Shown in pieces: positions 63,423 through 64,000 of a stretch of DNA of 64,000 nt. Position 1 is the first letter of the stretch. Each line of letters starts with the position of its first letter. Where the stretch lies: NCBI GenBank assembly GCA_963700195.1, contig CAVOWQ010000030.1, positions 110,313 to 174,312 on the forward strand, given 5' to 3'. Below the pieces are notes generated by a model that made no database searches, was not told the DNA's origin, and was given only the letters and a program-made list of their open reading frames with translations. The position numbers and the translations under genes were made by a program. Origin of the DNA: an uncultured Alphaproteobacteria bacterium. Its GTDB lineage: Bacteria > Pseudomonadota > Alphaproteobacteria > ATCC43930 > CGMCC-115725.

Positions 63423-64000
63423 ATGCGCGCTTTGATGGTCCACACAATGAGCCGATCGATTTCGGCCGTCATAATCGGAGCCTGGGGTGTAGTCGGCGGC
63501 GCTGTGCCGGCGTGCGCCAACGTCATCACCGATTGGGACGAGAAGGCGGTAGCCGTCGTTATGCCACCAACAGGGCCTGCCGGCGTGACACCGGTGGTCT
63601 ACCAGGCTCAGCGTGTGATGGGGATGGTTCACGCCGCGATGTTCGACGCGGTCAATTCGATCGAGCGGCGCTATCGACCGTATCTGGTGCAGCCGCCGGC
63701 CGACCCCGCCACGTCGAAGGAAGCAGCGGCTGCCGCGGCGGCCGCCGCGGTACTGGCGGCCGCTGATCAAAAGACCGCGGATGAAACGAAGGGAGCCCTC
63801 GCCGCCTACCTCGCGACGATTCCCGATGGCAAAGCGAAAACGGATGGCGTCAAGCTCGGCGAGGCGGTCGCGGCAAAGGTCTTGGAGGCCCGGGCGAACG
63901 ACGGCCACGACGCACCCGATGCCTACCGGCCGAGGACCACGCCTGGCGTCTATGTGCCGACACCGATCACGGCGGCCTCGATGTGGCCAAACGTAAAGCC
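63423..64000 (+). CDS. secreted PAP2/vanadium-haloperoxidase-like protein, N-terminal part (runs off right edge)
   Basis: Not in the supplied ORF track because it has no stop in the window. ATG 63423 after AAGGAGG. MRALMVHTMSRSISAVIIGAWGVVGGAVPACA signal, then NVITDWDEKAVAVV..VYQAQRVMGMVHAAMFDAVNSIERRYRPYLV, which resembles the N-terminal helical region of bacterial haloperoxidase/acid-phosphatase-like proteins. Confidence 0.55.
   Translation, partial: MRALMVHTMSRSISAVIIGAWGVVGGAVPACANVITDWDEKAVAVVMPPTGPAGVTPVVYQAQRVMGMVHAAMFDAVNSIERRYRPYLVQPPADPATSKEAAAAAAAAAVLAAADQKTADETKGALAAYLATIPDGKAKTDGVKLGEAVAAKVLEARANDGHDAPDAYRPRTTPGVYVPTPITAASMWPNVK

Overview
High-GC (~65%) chromosomal segment. Gene content and three interspersed repeat families suggest a Bradyrhizobiaceae-type alphaproteobacterium (inference only). 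I support about 50 protein-coding genes. I found no rRNA, tRNA, CRISPR, transposase, integrase or phage genes. Main blocks, left to right:
- MFS transporters and a DUF1800/DUF1501 pair.
- An amidohydrolase co-transcribed with a 514-aa protein I cannot assign.
- A vapBC toxin-antitoxin pair.
- A coenzyme F420 island: Fgd-family LLM, cofE, cofD, cofC, fused fbiC and a Zn-ADH, plus two more LLM oxidoreductases nearby.
- A LysR / DUF1127 / CmcJ-like / maleylacetate-reductase-like cluster.
- upp, then a 1112-aa SAM + nucleotide cyclase + P-loop NTPase + TPR protein.
- A persulfide-dioxygenase-rhodanese fusion and an ABC1 kinase.
- A glycan cluster: galE, a GH-A::GT2 fusion synthase, an MsbA-like ABC exporter and an M23 peptidase.
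- A tetR operon.
- A likely SAM-II riboswitch in front of metZ, then cysI.
- An alpha-2-macroglobulin / pbpC pair.
- A four-domain rhodanese and a DUF35/thiolase pair.
Two window-wide observations matter most. (1) About 30 single-nucleotide frameshifts interrupt otherwise well-conserved genes. They are strongly clustered (18-27 kb, 30.6-50.5 kb, 62.5-62.8 kb), while 5.2-kb and 3.3-kb ORFs elsewhere are intact. Sequencing or assembly error is at least as likely as real pseudogenisation. I therefore give whole-gene coordinates and flag each frameshift. (2) GC-rich REP-like palindromic repeats occur at nine loci, and one lies in frame inside the fbiC interdomain linker. I cannot prove a novel system from sequence alone. 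The best candidates for follow-up are the unknown 514-aa protein/amidohydrolase operon, the GH::GT2 + ABC exporter cluster, the cyclase-NTPase-TPR protein, and the DUF1127/43-aa peptide/CmcJ-like operon.
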